Assembly (NCBI GenBank): GCA_976226885.1
Contig: OZ320315.1
Location: forward strand, 66,836,001-66,900,000
Direction: 5' to 3'
DNA length: 64,000 bases
Origin: Iphione sp. A-MEVVRFRX5
Taxonomy: Eukaryota
In this document: piece by piece, positions 38,236 to 49,696 of the stretch
How the letters are laid out: every line of letters begins with the position of its first letter
Position numbering within the stretch: position 1 is the first letter of the stretch
Notes under the pieces: generated by a model
The model's input: only the letters and a program-made list of their open reading frames with translations
What the model was told of the DNA's origin: nothing
Database searches by the model: none
Translations under genes and position numbers: made by a program

Positions 38236-38582
38236 GGGCAGTTAGCTCAGTGGTAGAGCACTGGTCCACTGATTGAGAGGTCACAGGTTCAATCCCAGGC
38301 TTGGGACTCTTGATTACGACCAGACAGATTTACTGTAGCCCCAACCTAGAGTGGTCCTCAACTCATGAAAAGGCTGTGGGTGTATAGGATTCTGCCCCCT
38401 ATGCATAAAAAAGACCCCAGAAACCTATTTGAAATAAGACTAGGGGGCAATCCCGGGTATTCTGGTCTCTCAATTCTCAACAATAGATGGTCGTATGCTA
38501 CCCAGGAGGATATGGAAGAGCTCTGTCATGTGATAGAGAATTTCTAGTTCCTGGTTAAAGATACAATGAAATGAAAAAAAAT
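38236..38582 (+). mobile_element. tRNA-derived SINE
   Basis: Head gggcagtTAGCTCAGTGGTagagc...caGGTTCAATCCcaggc has A and B boxes but no good cloverleaf. A body of about 260 bp follows and ends in an aatgaaatgaaa tail. Confidence 0.75.
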
Positions 38583-41500
38583 ATACAATATTTGTTGCCG
38601 GAGAAACACATATATATGCACTCTTAAGTATGGATAGAAAATTGCAAAATTGTTATTTTCTTATGGGAGGGAACTTCCATAATTGTAAGGTGGAGGACGT
38701 AGCTTGTGGTTTACTGTCCGAATGAACATGACCGTACAGCCTAGCCTGTGTATAAAACTCAGTACATATATGTATGCATAAAGTTCTGAGAGAAAACATA
38801 TGTATGAGGTATCTAAAATTGGAGAAAATTCTTTATGAGCCGTGTGTGTCAGTAATGTAAATGACTGGAGAGGGTTGAGGTCATCTGCAATTGTTTTCAG
38901 GGTCCCAGTGAAGCCAATCAAGGGATGTGAGCGGTCATTTTTGCCTGTGATTTTTTTTATTTGGGGGATGTGACATCCCCCCACAATCAGCAATCTCTAT
39001 GCCTCTGATTGTTTTGCATGTCTGTGTTGCTTTGATGACTGTACACTGATAAATCACCACTAGAACTAACAACACATATTTTTAAGGTAAACAAAGCTAC
39101 TGTTGATGGGTTGAAACCCTTTTGCTTTGTAATTGTAAACCAATAGATCAGAAAGAGTATTGATCATTACACGATTGATGCTTGCCTGACCGGACATACA
39201 CTTATAGCATTTGATATTGCCGACTGGCTTTCACTCCTCAGTAAACTGGTGTATCTCTTTGGGAATACATGGCTGCGGAGCTTTATGAACCAGGAACAGT
39301 GTATTGAAGGTGGCTGTCTTATACAATGTTATTCTCTGTGGTGTGCTTAATCAGTTTGTCTTGGTCTTGATTTAACAGAAGAATTGCATTTTGATCAAAT
39401 GGTTTCCATGGCGTAAATACATCTATGTGACTTTCTGTTTGGGAAACCTTAGTTGTATACACATACCTGTAAACAAGCGTTTATTTCCGAACAATCAAAA
39501 TCTAAAAATATCCAATTTCCGAACGAAATTTCCTAGTACAAAATCGCATTTTCTACTGAAATAACATTGATTGAATAATAGTTGTGACAGAAATGATAGT
39601 TGTGACTGTATATACCACCATTGTATGCATGGACAGTCAGGATTCAAGATAATTATATCTGAGCGGCTGCTCTGTCATGTCTTTCCGTGTGCGTTTTTTT
39701 CATTATTTCAGATATTTAATGGTATTTCGATAAATAATGTCATTTTGTACTATAAAGTTTCATTCGAAAACCAGTTATTTTCTGCTTTTGAGTATTTCGA
39801 TTGAGATTCTTGACTCTATTTAAAGCAATGCAACTAAACTGCATCAACACGTTTTCTTTTGCGTTGGTCTAAACTGTACTATGGGAAAAGCATCAGCTTG
39901 TTGACTACACGTACCAGGATGCGACAGATACAGGTACGAAATTCGCCTATCCTTCATATTTTGTCTTAATAATAAACAAATAATTTTGAGACCATCAGAG
40001 AGCATCACCGGTGAAAATGATTCCCACCTTGCGCAGGACTACGAGAGGCCACCAACATGAGTAGTAAAATTATATAGGCCTACTTTTTGTACAAAAAAGG
40101 GAAAGAAAACACTTCCCTCGGATGTGGCTCTGCGTAGAAATGCAGCATATAACCGCTTTTGTTGACTTAACCACCTTTGCTTATGAGATTTATATAAGCG
40201 AATTTTGTGGTAAAGAAGCGGCATCGACTCATCACAGATGGATATATTGGCTATATTACCAGTCCTTACACCTCCTACTCACTAAGGCACAACCTGGGTT
40301 GGAAAGTTGAGTAGCTAGATTGCCCTTGTACTTACCGGCTTGCCAGTCCTCGGAGCGTGGTACTCAGAGTAGCTTAATGGGCGGCTGCGGCGCTGCGAGA
40401 TCCGCCCCCGCACTCCATGTTCAAGCATGCAACGGGCAAATTGTAATCAGAGAGAGAACGATTGCGTGTATGTATGTGTATTTAATGTTGGCAAATTTCC
40501 CGCAGACACTTCCAGTGACTTATTATAATAAACAGCAGCTGTCCCTTTCTTTGTATGCGTTTTCTTCTCACCTTTCTCTCTCTTTCTTTCTCTGCTTATT
40601 TGAAGTTCTCTCTATCGAGAGAGAATCTAAGAAAAGATAAAATAAGAAGAGGAAAGAGGTAGAGAGGAAGTGTTACGGAGAGGGGGAAAGAGAGGGGATG
40701 CGTGTGATGGAGCAAATGAAGGTCTGTGAGTAAATGAGTGCGTGTGAGTTAACTGGGTGGACATATGAATGCATTCAGGGAGTAAGTGAGTGAGCGAGTG
40801 AGTGAATGAGTGGGTAAGTGGGTCGATGAGTGAATGGGCAAATGAGTACGCCAATGAGTGAGTAAATCCATGAATCCGTAAGAGTTCTTGTCGTGTCAGT
40901 TGGTAGAAGCCGGGTGGCGTTACTGAAGGTAACTATTGTGGGATGGTCAGGTGGGAAGTAGTTCCCAGGTTGATGGAAACTAACACCTGAGGTCAGGTCC
41001 AACGTTGGTCTACTACTGGCTAGAGCGATTTGGTGGTGCGCGGGAGGGAAACGTGTCAGGGACAAGAAGGGCGTGATATACCTGGAGGTGAAGGGAACAC
41101 CAGGTAGTTGTCTTGGTCAGCAGTTATTTTTGACCATTGACGGTGATGTTCAATAGTTATTTTTGGACGTTCATGGTGAAGCTGTTTTTGACATTCGCAT
41201 ACAGCAGGATCAAGTCCCAGTTTCAAGTGCACTCTGTGTGCATGCACATCTTCCAGGAAGGGGAAAGTACGGAATGAAAAAAAGATTGCAGAACATTAAT
41301 AGATCAGGAATTTGTAGTGAGTGTTGTTATGAGGGTATTTCCTACAAGCTGGAAGAAAGCGGGCAGGGATCTCATGTGTATAGTCATAGTCGGGAACAGA
41401 TCGATTTATAGCCGACTCCTGTGCTTGGACAATACAGTGATTCATTTTAGCAAGGCTGGTATGAAAACATGTACGTGCTTCACACGAATATGGTGTACAT

Positions 41501-42028
41501 GTATAGCAATCGTAACAAAGAGCGCAAAGGCTCGTGGGATTTGGGCATCTTTTGGGAGGACAAGCTTTACATGTTTGTGCACTGACACGTCTGTACGTAG
41601 TACACCTAAAAAGTGTTGCCTTTACAATTGTAAATAATGCTGGCTAGCAAGTCATGCTGTAGGCTGTAAGGTGTAAGATGCAAGAAAATGAACTGACCTT
41701 TCATGTAAGAAAATGAACTGACATTTCATGTGAATGTATAGCCTGAATGGGATAGAAAATAAACTGACCTTTCATGTGAATGTACAGCCTGAATGGAATG
41801 GTCTTAAGCAACACTGATCTTTTACGTTTTTCACATGCGGAATCTTTTTAGTATGTTAGCATAAGACACTCACAGGATGCAAACTTTCCTACTGACTGAT
41901 GCATACTTTGCACTCATTGACTGTCAGTAAGGCAACCACACCCTCCCCAAAAGACACCATGTTGTACTGAGGTGGCTGACACTCTGGGAATGGTAAGGCC
42001 CGTTTCCATGTCCGTTTTGGGTATATTA

Positions 42029-42690
42029 GCCCCGGTTTCCATACATGCGGCGACCTGCGTTGGTAAGCGTGTGCGTTTCAGTGCGGAAAACGCATCGACG
42101 GGGTGTACATGCCTGTTTCCGCACGGCAACGCAGAGGGGTGTCCCCTTACAGTGCGTAACGATGCGTGCGTTGGTGTGCGTATATGATGGGGAAAATGCG
42201 AAAAACGGAAGAAAAACCCAGAAAACCTGCAAATTCCATGCAAATTGTCCCGAAAAACGCTTGTTTCATGCAAATTCGGCCGGAAAACCGCAAATTTCAT
42301 GGAAATTCCGCCGAAAAACGGCTTATTTCATGCAAATTTGGCCGAAAAACGGCAAAAATGTGCGGAAAAATTCGGGAAAAAAAACACGTTGTGCGGAAAT
42401 GTGCGGATATGTGTGGTATCTATATCCAAAAGTGAGGGAAAATGAGGGAAAATGAGGGAAAATGAAGGAAATAGAAGTGTGTTGGGGTGCGTTGCTGTCC
42501 GTGTGCGGGAAATTTATGGGAACGGTCCGAAAACCAGCCACGCATGGTGACGCACAGCAACGCACACGGACAGCAACGCACGTAAGGAACACCCTCCACT
42601 ATATCCCTATATCCCATTAATGACATAATTCTCTGCACTTCAACGCACAGCAACGCACACGGACAGCAACGCACATAAGGAAACCGGGCC
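42029..42690. mobile_element. PIF/Harbinger-type MITE with internal tandem repeats
   Basis: TTA|GCCCCGGTTTCCATAC...GGAAACCGGGCC|TTA, with an extra left terminus TAA|GGCCCGTTTCCAT at 41997. Internal repeats of about 30 bp (42230-42360), aatgagggaa x3-4, and cgcacagcaacgcacacggacagcaacgcac x2. Confidence 0.7.
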
Positions 42691-42829
42691 TTAGGGTCTG
42701 TTTTTTATTATCATGTTCATTTCAATGGAGGGTCTTCCATGCATGTGGGTCTGTTTGGGCCAATTTGAGGAAAATTGTTTATTAACAAACATGTCTGATA
42801 ATTGCCCACAAAACATATCAGAGAACGCC

Positions 42830-44262
42830 CGCAAAACATATCAGAGAACTGGGTGTGTCGAGGATAAACTGAGGGCTAGAATATTAAGACAGCAAGTTCG
42901 AAGGGAGGGTGTGAAGTTAAAAAAAGGATTATATACAAAGAAAATTAGACAATCTAAAAGATAAGCCGACGATATTCTGACGGGAACTAAAATGAGAAAT
43001 AGGATCGGATAAGGGGGGCACTACAGTTTATTTTAAATCTGCTGGTGTGGATGCAGACTCAGCCAATGAGCTGAATAAGCATTTTGCCGAAAGTGGAATG
43101 CGAATTTTACAGCAAATCGCACTGGGGGGCTGTAAATTTAATGAAGAACACTACCCAGCTATAATGGATATGCCTTTGATAACGACTGAAGATCTAAGAA
43201 TGTGTACTGCAATTGCCAAAGCACAAAGCATGTATAATGGGTGATGCACCCAGTTGGGTGTGGAAAGAAATATTTTTAACATTGGATGTCATAATGGTTG
43301 ATCTATTGAATTCAAGTCTAAATAACGGAGTGGTGCCAACAAGTTGGAAAAATGCTAAAGTAACACCGTTATTTAAATCTTGCCCTAATAATGACCCTAA
43401 TAACTTCAGGCCAATTAGCCAACTCCCTTTGATATCAAAATTAATAGAGAAAATAATATGTGAAAAAATTTGCAAATATATGGCTTCATATGATCTATTC
43501 ACAAATGCACAGCATGGATTCCGGGCTGGACAGGGAACTGATACTGCAATATATGAACTTGTTAACTACATAAATGAAAACCTGAATAATAATTATGTGT
43601 CTGTAGGTTATATAGATTTCTCTAAGGCATTTGATTCCATAAACCATCTACTCGTTCTGAAAATGGAAAAACTGGGTATGGGTAATTTAATTGCCTGGAT
43701 GAAAGACTATTTAGCGAATAGGACACAACATACATAAATGGTAATGCAGTTTACGTATGGACGTGTATACCACAACTTGAACATATGTACCTGGACAATA
43801 CTAAAATTGAACAGTTGGAGGAGTTCTGTTATCTGGAATTAACCCTCGACAGTCATTTAACATGGAAATCTTACATGGCGAAACTATTAAAAAAGGGTTT
43901 TTCTAAACTGAGATATTTTAAAGTAATTAGGAAGTATTTGAATTTAGACATAGCTATCAAGGTTATGTGTACAATGATAGTACCAGTTATTGAGTATGGA
44001 AATTTTGTACTAATCAAACAGTATGGATCATTCTATAGTAGACTTGTAAGCTTGCGGAGAGCAATTTATAGAGAGACAATGCAACCACTTGATCCACCTA
44101 CACAGATAGCTGTAGTAAATGAAGTTAAGGGTATTGTGAATTCTACAATTTTGCGAATAGGATACACAACTACTTATATTGATGTGGAAAAACAGATAGA
44201 TGGGCCTTATAATACTAGATTAAGCCGGAAGAGAAAAATAAAAATAACTTGGCCTAAAAGAG
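42830..44262 (+). pseudogene. CR1/L2-like LINE ORF2, 5-prime part, interrupted by the PLE
   Basis: ANELNKHFAESG, VVPTSWKNAKVTPLFK, NFRPISQLPLISKLIEK, QHGFRAG, GYIDFSKAFDSINH and YLELTLDSHLTW. The PQGS-YADD core is deleted (CIPQ joins directly to LEHMYLDN at about 43770); frameshifted. Confidence 0.9.
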
Positions 44263-44286
44263 AGGTTCAAAGAAGTGTGGACGATT

Positions 44287-44596
44287 GCGCTACCACCTGG
44301 GAATTAGATCCCAGAGCTCCATCACTGGAGGTACCCCCCTGTTGGAATTTTTATGAACAAGCATTTTCATTGGTCAGGGTGCCATCCTGTGATATCCCAT
44401 AATGTCAGGTTTGTACAGATATGCATTATTTTTTGAAGATAACCATCAATGTGTGAAGTGTGGTTGTACCCACTTCTAGAAATATGTTTGAAATTGAAAA
44501 ATTATTCATTTCATTGAAAAGTGGGTTATAGGTCTCAGCACACAGTATTGACTAATGGGTTCCTGGTGGTTTCGACTGGATTGTCTCCTCAGGCGC
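44287..44596 (-). ncRNA. Type I hammerhead ribozyme with an extended loop III (downstream pLTR)
   Basis: Sense strand: GCGC (stem I) CUGAGGA GAC-AAUCCA-GUC (stem II) GAA ACCACC, then 267 nt, then GGUGGU A | GCGC. Stem III ACCACC/GGUGGU is 6 bp, the cleavage triplet is GUA, and predicted cleavage is between 44291 and 44290. Confidence 0.8.
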
Positions 44597-44799
44597 TAGT
44601 TTTAAATATAAATGATACCGTAATCAGTTTCATTATGTATGGTAGGGATTTTTTCCTAACTAGTTCTTGTTGTTGAGTGATGGAGTGTGGTAGGACCTGC
44701 TTATTGGGGTCCCGGAGGTTGCCAAGTCCGACAGAGCTCGCCCCTGTTCGACAATGTGATAAGGGTGTACGAGCGGGTGGTCGGAGGGGGTGCTCTGGA

Positions 44800-47700
44800 T
44801 TAGTCCATTAAGTTCAGGCCACTAGGGATAACCGTCTTGAGGCGATGTATCCATCTTCGCTCGAGTCGTTCGCGGTCCTGCCTATAGGCAGTGGTGCGTG
44901 GGGTTTTAAAGAATTCCAGTATGGAGATACTGCAACCTTTCCAACCGGCTGGGTTTGGTGTTGGGCAGACATTGTAGTGGTTTCCCACAGTGGTGTCTTT
45001 GCGATGTCTGATGTTATGTCGGTGTCCAGTGAATCTTTCACTGAGTGTGTTCTGAGTTTGGCCTACGTATTGTATGCCACAATTTCTGCAAGTGATAAGA
45101 TACACTAGATTATTACTGCGACATGTCATGTTGCGGTATGTGGGGATTGTGTGTCCCAAGCCGCTGGCAAATGTTTTGCCGCTAGTGTTTAGCTGAGGGC
45201 ATATGTTACATTTTAGTGGTGTGCGACATTTGTTTGTCGTTTTGCTTCTGATATCTTTGACGGGATTTGATTCTGGGAGTTTGGCGCGGGTGAGCATGTC
45301 GGATAGATTTTTGTTGCGCCGTTTTCCCATGATCAATGTGCTATCCAACAGATGTTTGGTTTGCTTTGATTTGCCTAGATCTTGCCAGTGTTTGTCAATG
45401 ATGCGTTTCAGTGGAGGGTTGGCCGGGTTGTGTGTAGTGATCAGGAAGAATTGCTTACATGACGATTTGTTATTGTGTGGTTGAGTTTGTGCGTGGAGTA
45501 GATTTTTTCGATCTATTTTTGATACTCGATCGAGTGCTTGTTTCAGGTCCTCGGCGGGGTATCCCCTGCTTCTGAGGTCTATTATGAGTCGTGCTGAGTG
45601 GAACAGGAAGTCCCTGTGGTTGGTGCAGATTCTCCTAAACCTCAGCATCTGCGAGTATCCTATGCTGTTGGTGCAGCTCTGTGGGTGGCATGAGTTATAC
45701 ATCAAATAGTTATGTGAATCGGTCGGTTTCTGGTATACTGTGGTTGTTAGGTGACCGTGGTTGTCTTTCATGACCATAGTGTCTAGAAAGTTGATTGATT
45801 CGGTTGATTTTTCCATGGTGAATTTTATTGTGGGATGGACCTCATTTAGGTGTTTATGAAAGTTTTCTAGCTCTTGAGGGCCTTCATTCCACACTAGGAA
45901 GACGTCGTCAATGTATCTGAGCCACAACAAGGGTTGAATGTGGTAGGAGTATACATAGTCTTCCTCAAATTGCCCCATAAAGATGTTTGCGTATGATGGG
46001 GCTAACCTCGTTCCCATGGCGGTGCCCCCTACTTGTAGGTAGTGTTTGCCATTGAAGTCAAAATTGTTGCATGTTAATACTAGGCTCAATAGTTCTATTG
46101 TGCTGCCTATTGAAAGGTTAGCATCAATGCTCCTATGTTTTAGGAGCATTTTTCTTGTTGCCAGAATTCCCTCAGTGTACGGAATATTTGTGTATAGACT
46201 GCTTACATCCATTGTGGCTAAGATTGTATCTTTTTCTGTGGGTGGGAAGTTGTCCAAGATTCTTAAGAAATGAGTCGTGTCCTGGACATATGATTTCAGC
46301 AGTGGTACCAGAGGGTTAATCACTACATCGACTAGTTGAGAAATTTTCTCTGTTGGGCAGTCATTTGCCGAGACAATTGGCCTGCCTGGAGGAGGGAATT
46401 TATTTTTATGTATTTTCGGTAATAAATAAAAGTTGGGGGTTCTGTTGTTGTTACTTGTGATATAAGATCCAACTTTCTGAGTGATTTCCCCTCCGGCTAC
46501 CATGCGTGCTACTGTTTTGTCTACTACATCTTTATGTTTGTGTGTGAGGTCTCTTGGAGTTTCCACATAGAACGACCTATCTTCCAGTTGGCGGAGGCCT
46601 TCCCGAATGTAGTCATCTCTGTTCATAATTACTACTGCTTTGCCTTTGTCCGCCTTTTTAATTACAATGTTATTGTCAGATTTTAGAGAATTGATGGCGG
46701 CCCTTTCATCTGAAGTTAGATTCTTGAACCTTGTCCCTACTAGTGTTGTGTTTTCCACATCCTTGGAGATGTTGAGAAACACGTGTTCTAGGATGCTGGG
46801 GCCCGGGGGGTTCCACCTACTGCGTGGATGAAGTTTTGGGTGGTCAAAAGGTTTCGAAATGGTAGGGGGGGGCTCATTGGCGGGCTGCCCGGTGGAGGGT
46901 TCGTGCAATATTTTTGGCAAAGCTAACGAGCGCCTTACACTTCGGAAAAAGTTTTCCATGTCCTCCCTGATTAGGCCCGTGTCGGGACGAGGAGGGGTAG
47001 GGACAAAGTTCAAGCCTTTCGATAGTAGTTGGGTTTCACAGTCCGTGAGAATCCTGGTGGAAAGATTTACAACATTCAAGTTTAAACTCGAGTCTTTATT
47101 GTTATTCATATTGGAACAGGTGTGAACATCAAGTAACAACGAAGTGGTAACAATGCATTCTACTGTGGTTTCGTCAAGTTCTACATGTTTTAACGGGCAC
47201 AATAAATAATTTAGGTCGTGGGAATGTTCCAGACAGTCTGCGAGACGGCAACTGCCTGGCAATCCGATGCTGATTACGTCAGTCGTTTCTCGATACTCGC
47301 CATCATTTCCTTCAATATGGCGAGTTCCTGTAGCGGTTGTCGATTGTCCACACGACTGGGGCGTGTGGATGATGATCTCTGGTTGCCCGTCTTGCGTTGA
47401 TCGGGGCGGGTGCGTTTCCGAGGGTTCGCACCCCTCGATCTCGACCGGGAGCGGCGACGGTTTCTTCCCGGACGGGCTTCCTTGAAATTTTCTTGTGCTG
47501 GGGGGGGTCATCGTCTTCATTGGTTCGGCCTCCTCTTTTGCCCTCTTGGCCTCAGGTGGTCTAGGGTAGTCATCAGGCAGTCCCTGCCAAAGGGCTTCAT
47601 CCGGGGCTTGCCTCATGAAAATCGCTCTATCGCGTAGTGAGCGTGCCAGCTTACCATCTTCACGTTGCGTGAGGTGCCGGATGGCTTCCATGGCATCTAT

Positions 47701-49494
47701 TAAGTGGAACTCTTCATTCAGCGGAGAGCTATGTTGGATACGGTATGTGTTGATGAGTTCCCGTTCTAGGCCCTCGGCCCTGCGTCTATTGCTAAGGGCG
47801 CGTGAGTCTAGAGTGCCGGCTAGCAGGCTAAGGCCTTTACTAGCTGTTTCGCGCCTAAGGCTCACTATCAGGTTGACGGCCTCAGTGCTCGTCACAAGAC
47901 CCGCTGGGGGGGTGAAGCAGGTGCTCCACTCAGGGAAGAGGCCATGAGGTGCACAGTATCTCAGGAATTCTGCCCTAGTACGGCATGAAGCCTCCTTATG
48001 GCGGGCATTTCGCAGATTCTTCCATACGTCTTTACCCTCTGGGTGCAGGGCGAAGTTGACTGAAGTTGTGCCATTCTTGTCGTAGAAGCTAAGGTTGACC
48101 GGTTGGATGGGATTAGTCTTGCGGAAATCAGATGTCATTTGATTCAGCTGTGCATCTGTCAGGTGCTGGGTCTGAAATGAGACACGTCTAACCGCAATTA
48201 CAGTGTTACTCCCCGGATTTTGCTTTGGAATTGCTTGACTTGGGGTGAGGACAGGAAATTCTGTAAGGGACTGGACATTGGGATGTTGTGTTGTGAGTGT
48301 TGGGTCAGCTTGAGTGTCAGAATTTGGTAACTCACTGTGACTACCGTAGGGTGTTAGATAGGGGGGACTAGGGTTGTCTGTCCCAGATAGGTCCATTGCA
48401 GAGTCTAGTTCTAAAAGATTAAGTAGTGTGGAATTGATTGATGTAGGGTCATTGGTGTCTACTTGGCTTAGGTCGAAATCCTGCAGTTTTTGTGATAAAC
48501 AATTGGTGATTTCTGCAATTTTTTCCTCATTAGTGGTTGGGTTCGTTGGTCTCGGTAGGTTGGGCGGTGGGGGCCCTGGCTCGGTCATAGAGGTTGAAGC
48601 TGAGGCTCCCGCATGGGAATGGGCAGGGTTACACGGGGTGCGTTGAGTGGTCTCATCCGAACTGGATGGTTTGGTCCGTTTGAGACTCGATCTCGTGAAG
48701 AAGTCATACAACGTACGTTTGTTAACCGAATTTTTGGAATTACCAGGATCATTACTGTTTGTACTGGCTTTGTAATTATTCTGTGCAGTAGAGAAATGTT
48801 TGCTGAGGCTAGAGGGTCTGATGTCTGGGACCCATGGTTTGTCCGGACGGCTACATGGTATGGGTGTGCTATCACTGTTATCACATGGGGTGGTGGTATT
48901 TTTATTATTTTTACTAGTTTTATCGAGGCAAGACACCAGTGAGTGAGACGATTCTACATCGCTTGTCTCCGCAGATCTGAAAGTCGAATAGGTATAATTA
49001 GTGTTTAGATTATGTAGGCTGCGACTTACCCTCACGTGAGACGTTATCGGCGGCCTCGATGTAGTAGTCGTGGTGGCCGGGGTCATAGTGCTTGTTGTGG
49101 CTGTCGCGGTGGTTGCCTGGAGGGAGGCAACGGTGGTTGTGGTGCTCAACCCAGCTTGGGGAGGTAGGTCTGCATCAGTTGCCCAAAACAGAATGTCTGG
49201 GACAGTGTCTTCTCCCGGTATGGCGCTCCACGGGTCCCGGGAAGTGTCGGGATCGGTCGCACCCAGTGGGCGCTTGCTGGACGTGCCGTCAGAGACTGGA
49301 GATGGCATGGGTGTCGTTGCGGCAGCTTTCTCCGTATATGATTCGAAGCTAGAATTTGGCTTGACATTCACATCGGCAGGAGTGACATCAGAGGAGTCCA
49401 TTGGTACAGTGGTAGCTCTGGTTTCTTTAGTTTTCATATCCTCATCGTTCATAAACGTTTCGAAGTTGCGCGGACGGGGCGTGTTGTCCGCCAT
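44800..49494 (-). CDS. PLE polyprotein: long N-terminal region, reverse transcriptase, Cx5CxxC linker and GIY-YIG endonuclease
   Basis: First ATG at 49494 (the ORF track starts at TTG 49545). Motifs VVNLS...LLSKGLNFVPTP, FYLLPKIHK, GRPIVS, DVSSLYTNIP, GTAMGT, WLRYIDD, YQKPT, CRTPLKCNIC, LVYLITC-x-x-C-x-x-QYVGQT, RF-x-x-H, GLN. A Cx2-5CxxC linker is the described mark of Neptune-group PLEs. Confidence 0.95.
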   Translation of the reverse strand: MADNTPRPRNFETFMNDEDMKTKETRATTVPMDSSDVTPADVNVKPNSSFESYTEKAAATTPMPSPVSDGTSSKRPLGATDPDTSRDPWSAIPGEDTVPDILFWATDADLPPQAGLSTTTTVASLQATTATATTSTMTPATTTTTSRPPITSHVRVSRSLHNLNTNYTYSTFRSAETSDVESSHSLVSCLDKTSKNNKNTTTPCDNSDSTPIPCSRPDKPWVPDIRPSSLSKHFSTAQNNYKASTNSNDPGNSKNSVNKRTLYDFFTRSSLKRTKPSSSDETTQRTPCNPAHSHAGASASTSMTEPGPPPPNLPRPTNPTTNEEKIAEITNCLSQKLQDFDLSQVDTNDPTSINSTLLNLLELDSAMDLSGTDNPSPPYLTPYGSHSELPNSDTQADPTLTTQHPNVQSLTEFPVLTPSQAIPKQNPGSNTVIAVRRVSFQTQHLTDAQLNQMTSDFRKTNPIQPVNLSFYDKNGTTSVNFALHPEGKDVWKNLRNARHKEASCRTRAEFLRYCAPHGLFPEWSTCFTPPAGLVTSTEAVNLIVSLRRETASKGLSLLAGTLDSRALSNRRRAEGLERELINTYRIQHSSPLNEEFHLIDAMEAIRHLTQREDGKLARSLRDRAIFMRQAPDEALWQGLPDDYPRPPEAKRAKEEAEPMKTMTPPSTRKFQGSPSGKKPSPLPVEIEGCEPSETHPPRSTQDGQPEIIIHTPQSCGQSTTATGTRHIEGNDGEYRETTDVISIGLPGSCRLADCLEHSHDLNYLLCPLKHVELDETTVECIVTTSLLLDVHTCSNMNNNKDSSLNLNVVNLSTRILTDCETQLLSKGLNFVPTPPRPDTGLIREDMENFFRSVRRSLALPKILHEPSTGQPANEPPPTISKPFDHPKLHPRSRWNPPGPSILEHVFLNISKDVENTTLVGTRFKNLTSDERAAINSLKSDNNIVIKKADKGKAVVIMNRDDYIREGLRQLEDRSFYVETPRDLTHKHKDVVDKTVARMVAGGEITQKVGSYITSNNNRTPNFYLLPKIHKNKFPPPGRPIVSANDCPTEKISQLVDVVINPLVPLLKSYVQDTTHFLRILDNFPPTEKDTILATMDVSSLYTNIPYTEGILATRKMLLKHRSIDANLSIGSTIELLSLVLTCNNFDFNGKHYLQVGGTAMGTRLAPSYANIFMGQFEEDYVYSYHIQPLLWLRYIDDVFLVWNEGPQELENFHKHLNEVHPTIKFTMEKSTESINFLDTMVMKDNHGHLTTTVYQKPTDSHNYLMYNSCHPQSCTNSIGYSQMLRFRRICTNHRDFLFHSARLIIDLRSRGYPAEDLKQALDRVSKIDRKNLLHAQTQPHNNKSSCKQFFLITTHNPANPPLKRIIDKHWQDLGKSKQTKHLLDSTLIMGKRRNKNLSDMLTRAKLPESNPVKDIRSKTTNKCRTPLKCNICPQLNTSGKTFASGLGHTIPTYRNMTCRSNNLVYLITCRNCGIQYVGQTQNTLSERFTGHRHNIRHRKDTTVGNHYNVCPTPNPAGWKGCSISILEFFKTPRTTAYRQDRERLERRWIHRLKTVIPSGLNLMD

Positions 49495-49696
49495 GACTGC
49501 GCGACTATGTTTGGAGAGTGTCGCGATGACGTCAGTGCGTGGCAACAGAGGCGGCTGGCGCAGTTGTTTACGTTGAGTGGCGGAGAGCGGACGATGGTAC
49601 TCGAAAAAGGTTTTGTACCAATCGGGCGGTGGTGGCAGCCGGGCAAGTCAACAATCGTCGTGGGTTAGTATAAGGTTCAACGAAGTGTGGACGATT

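Noticed and set aside
38236-38308. Functional tRNA gene
   Set aside because: The acceptor and anticodon stems do not pair well, and the sequence continues into a SINE-like body and tail.
41914-42674. Cluster of overlapping ORFs of 66-136 aa
   Set aside because: They lie within the tandem-repeat interior of a MITE; repetitive and motif-free.
44814-49646. Many short ORFs on the plus strand and in alternative minus frames across the PLE (for example 44845-45108, 47615-47947, 49070-49576)
   Set aside because: Antisense shadows of a GC-richer coding region with no recognisable motifs. Only the 47507-47274 frame has independent support.
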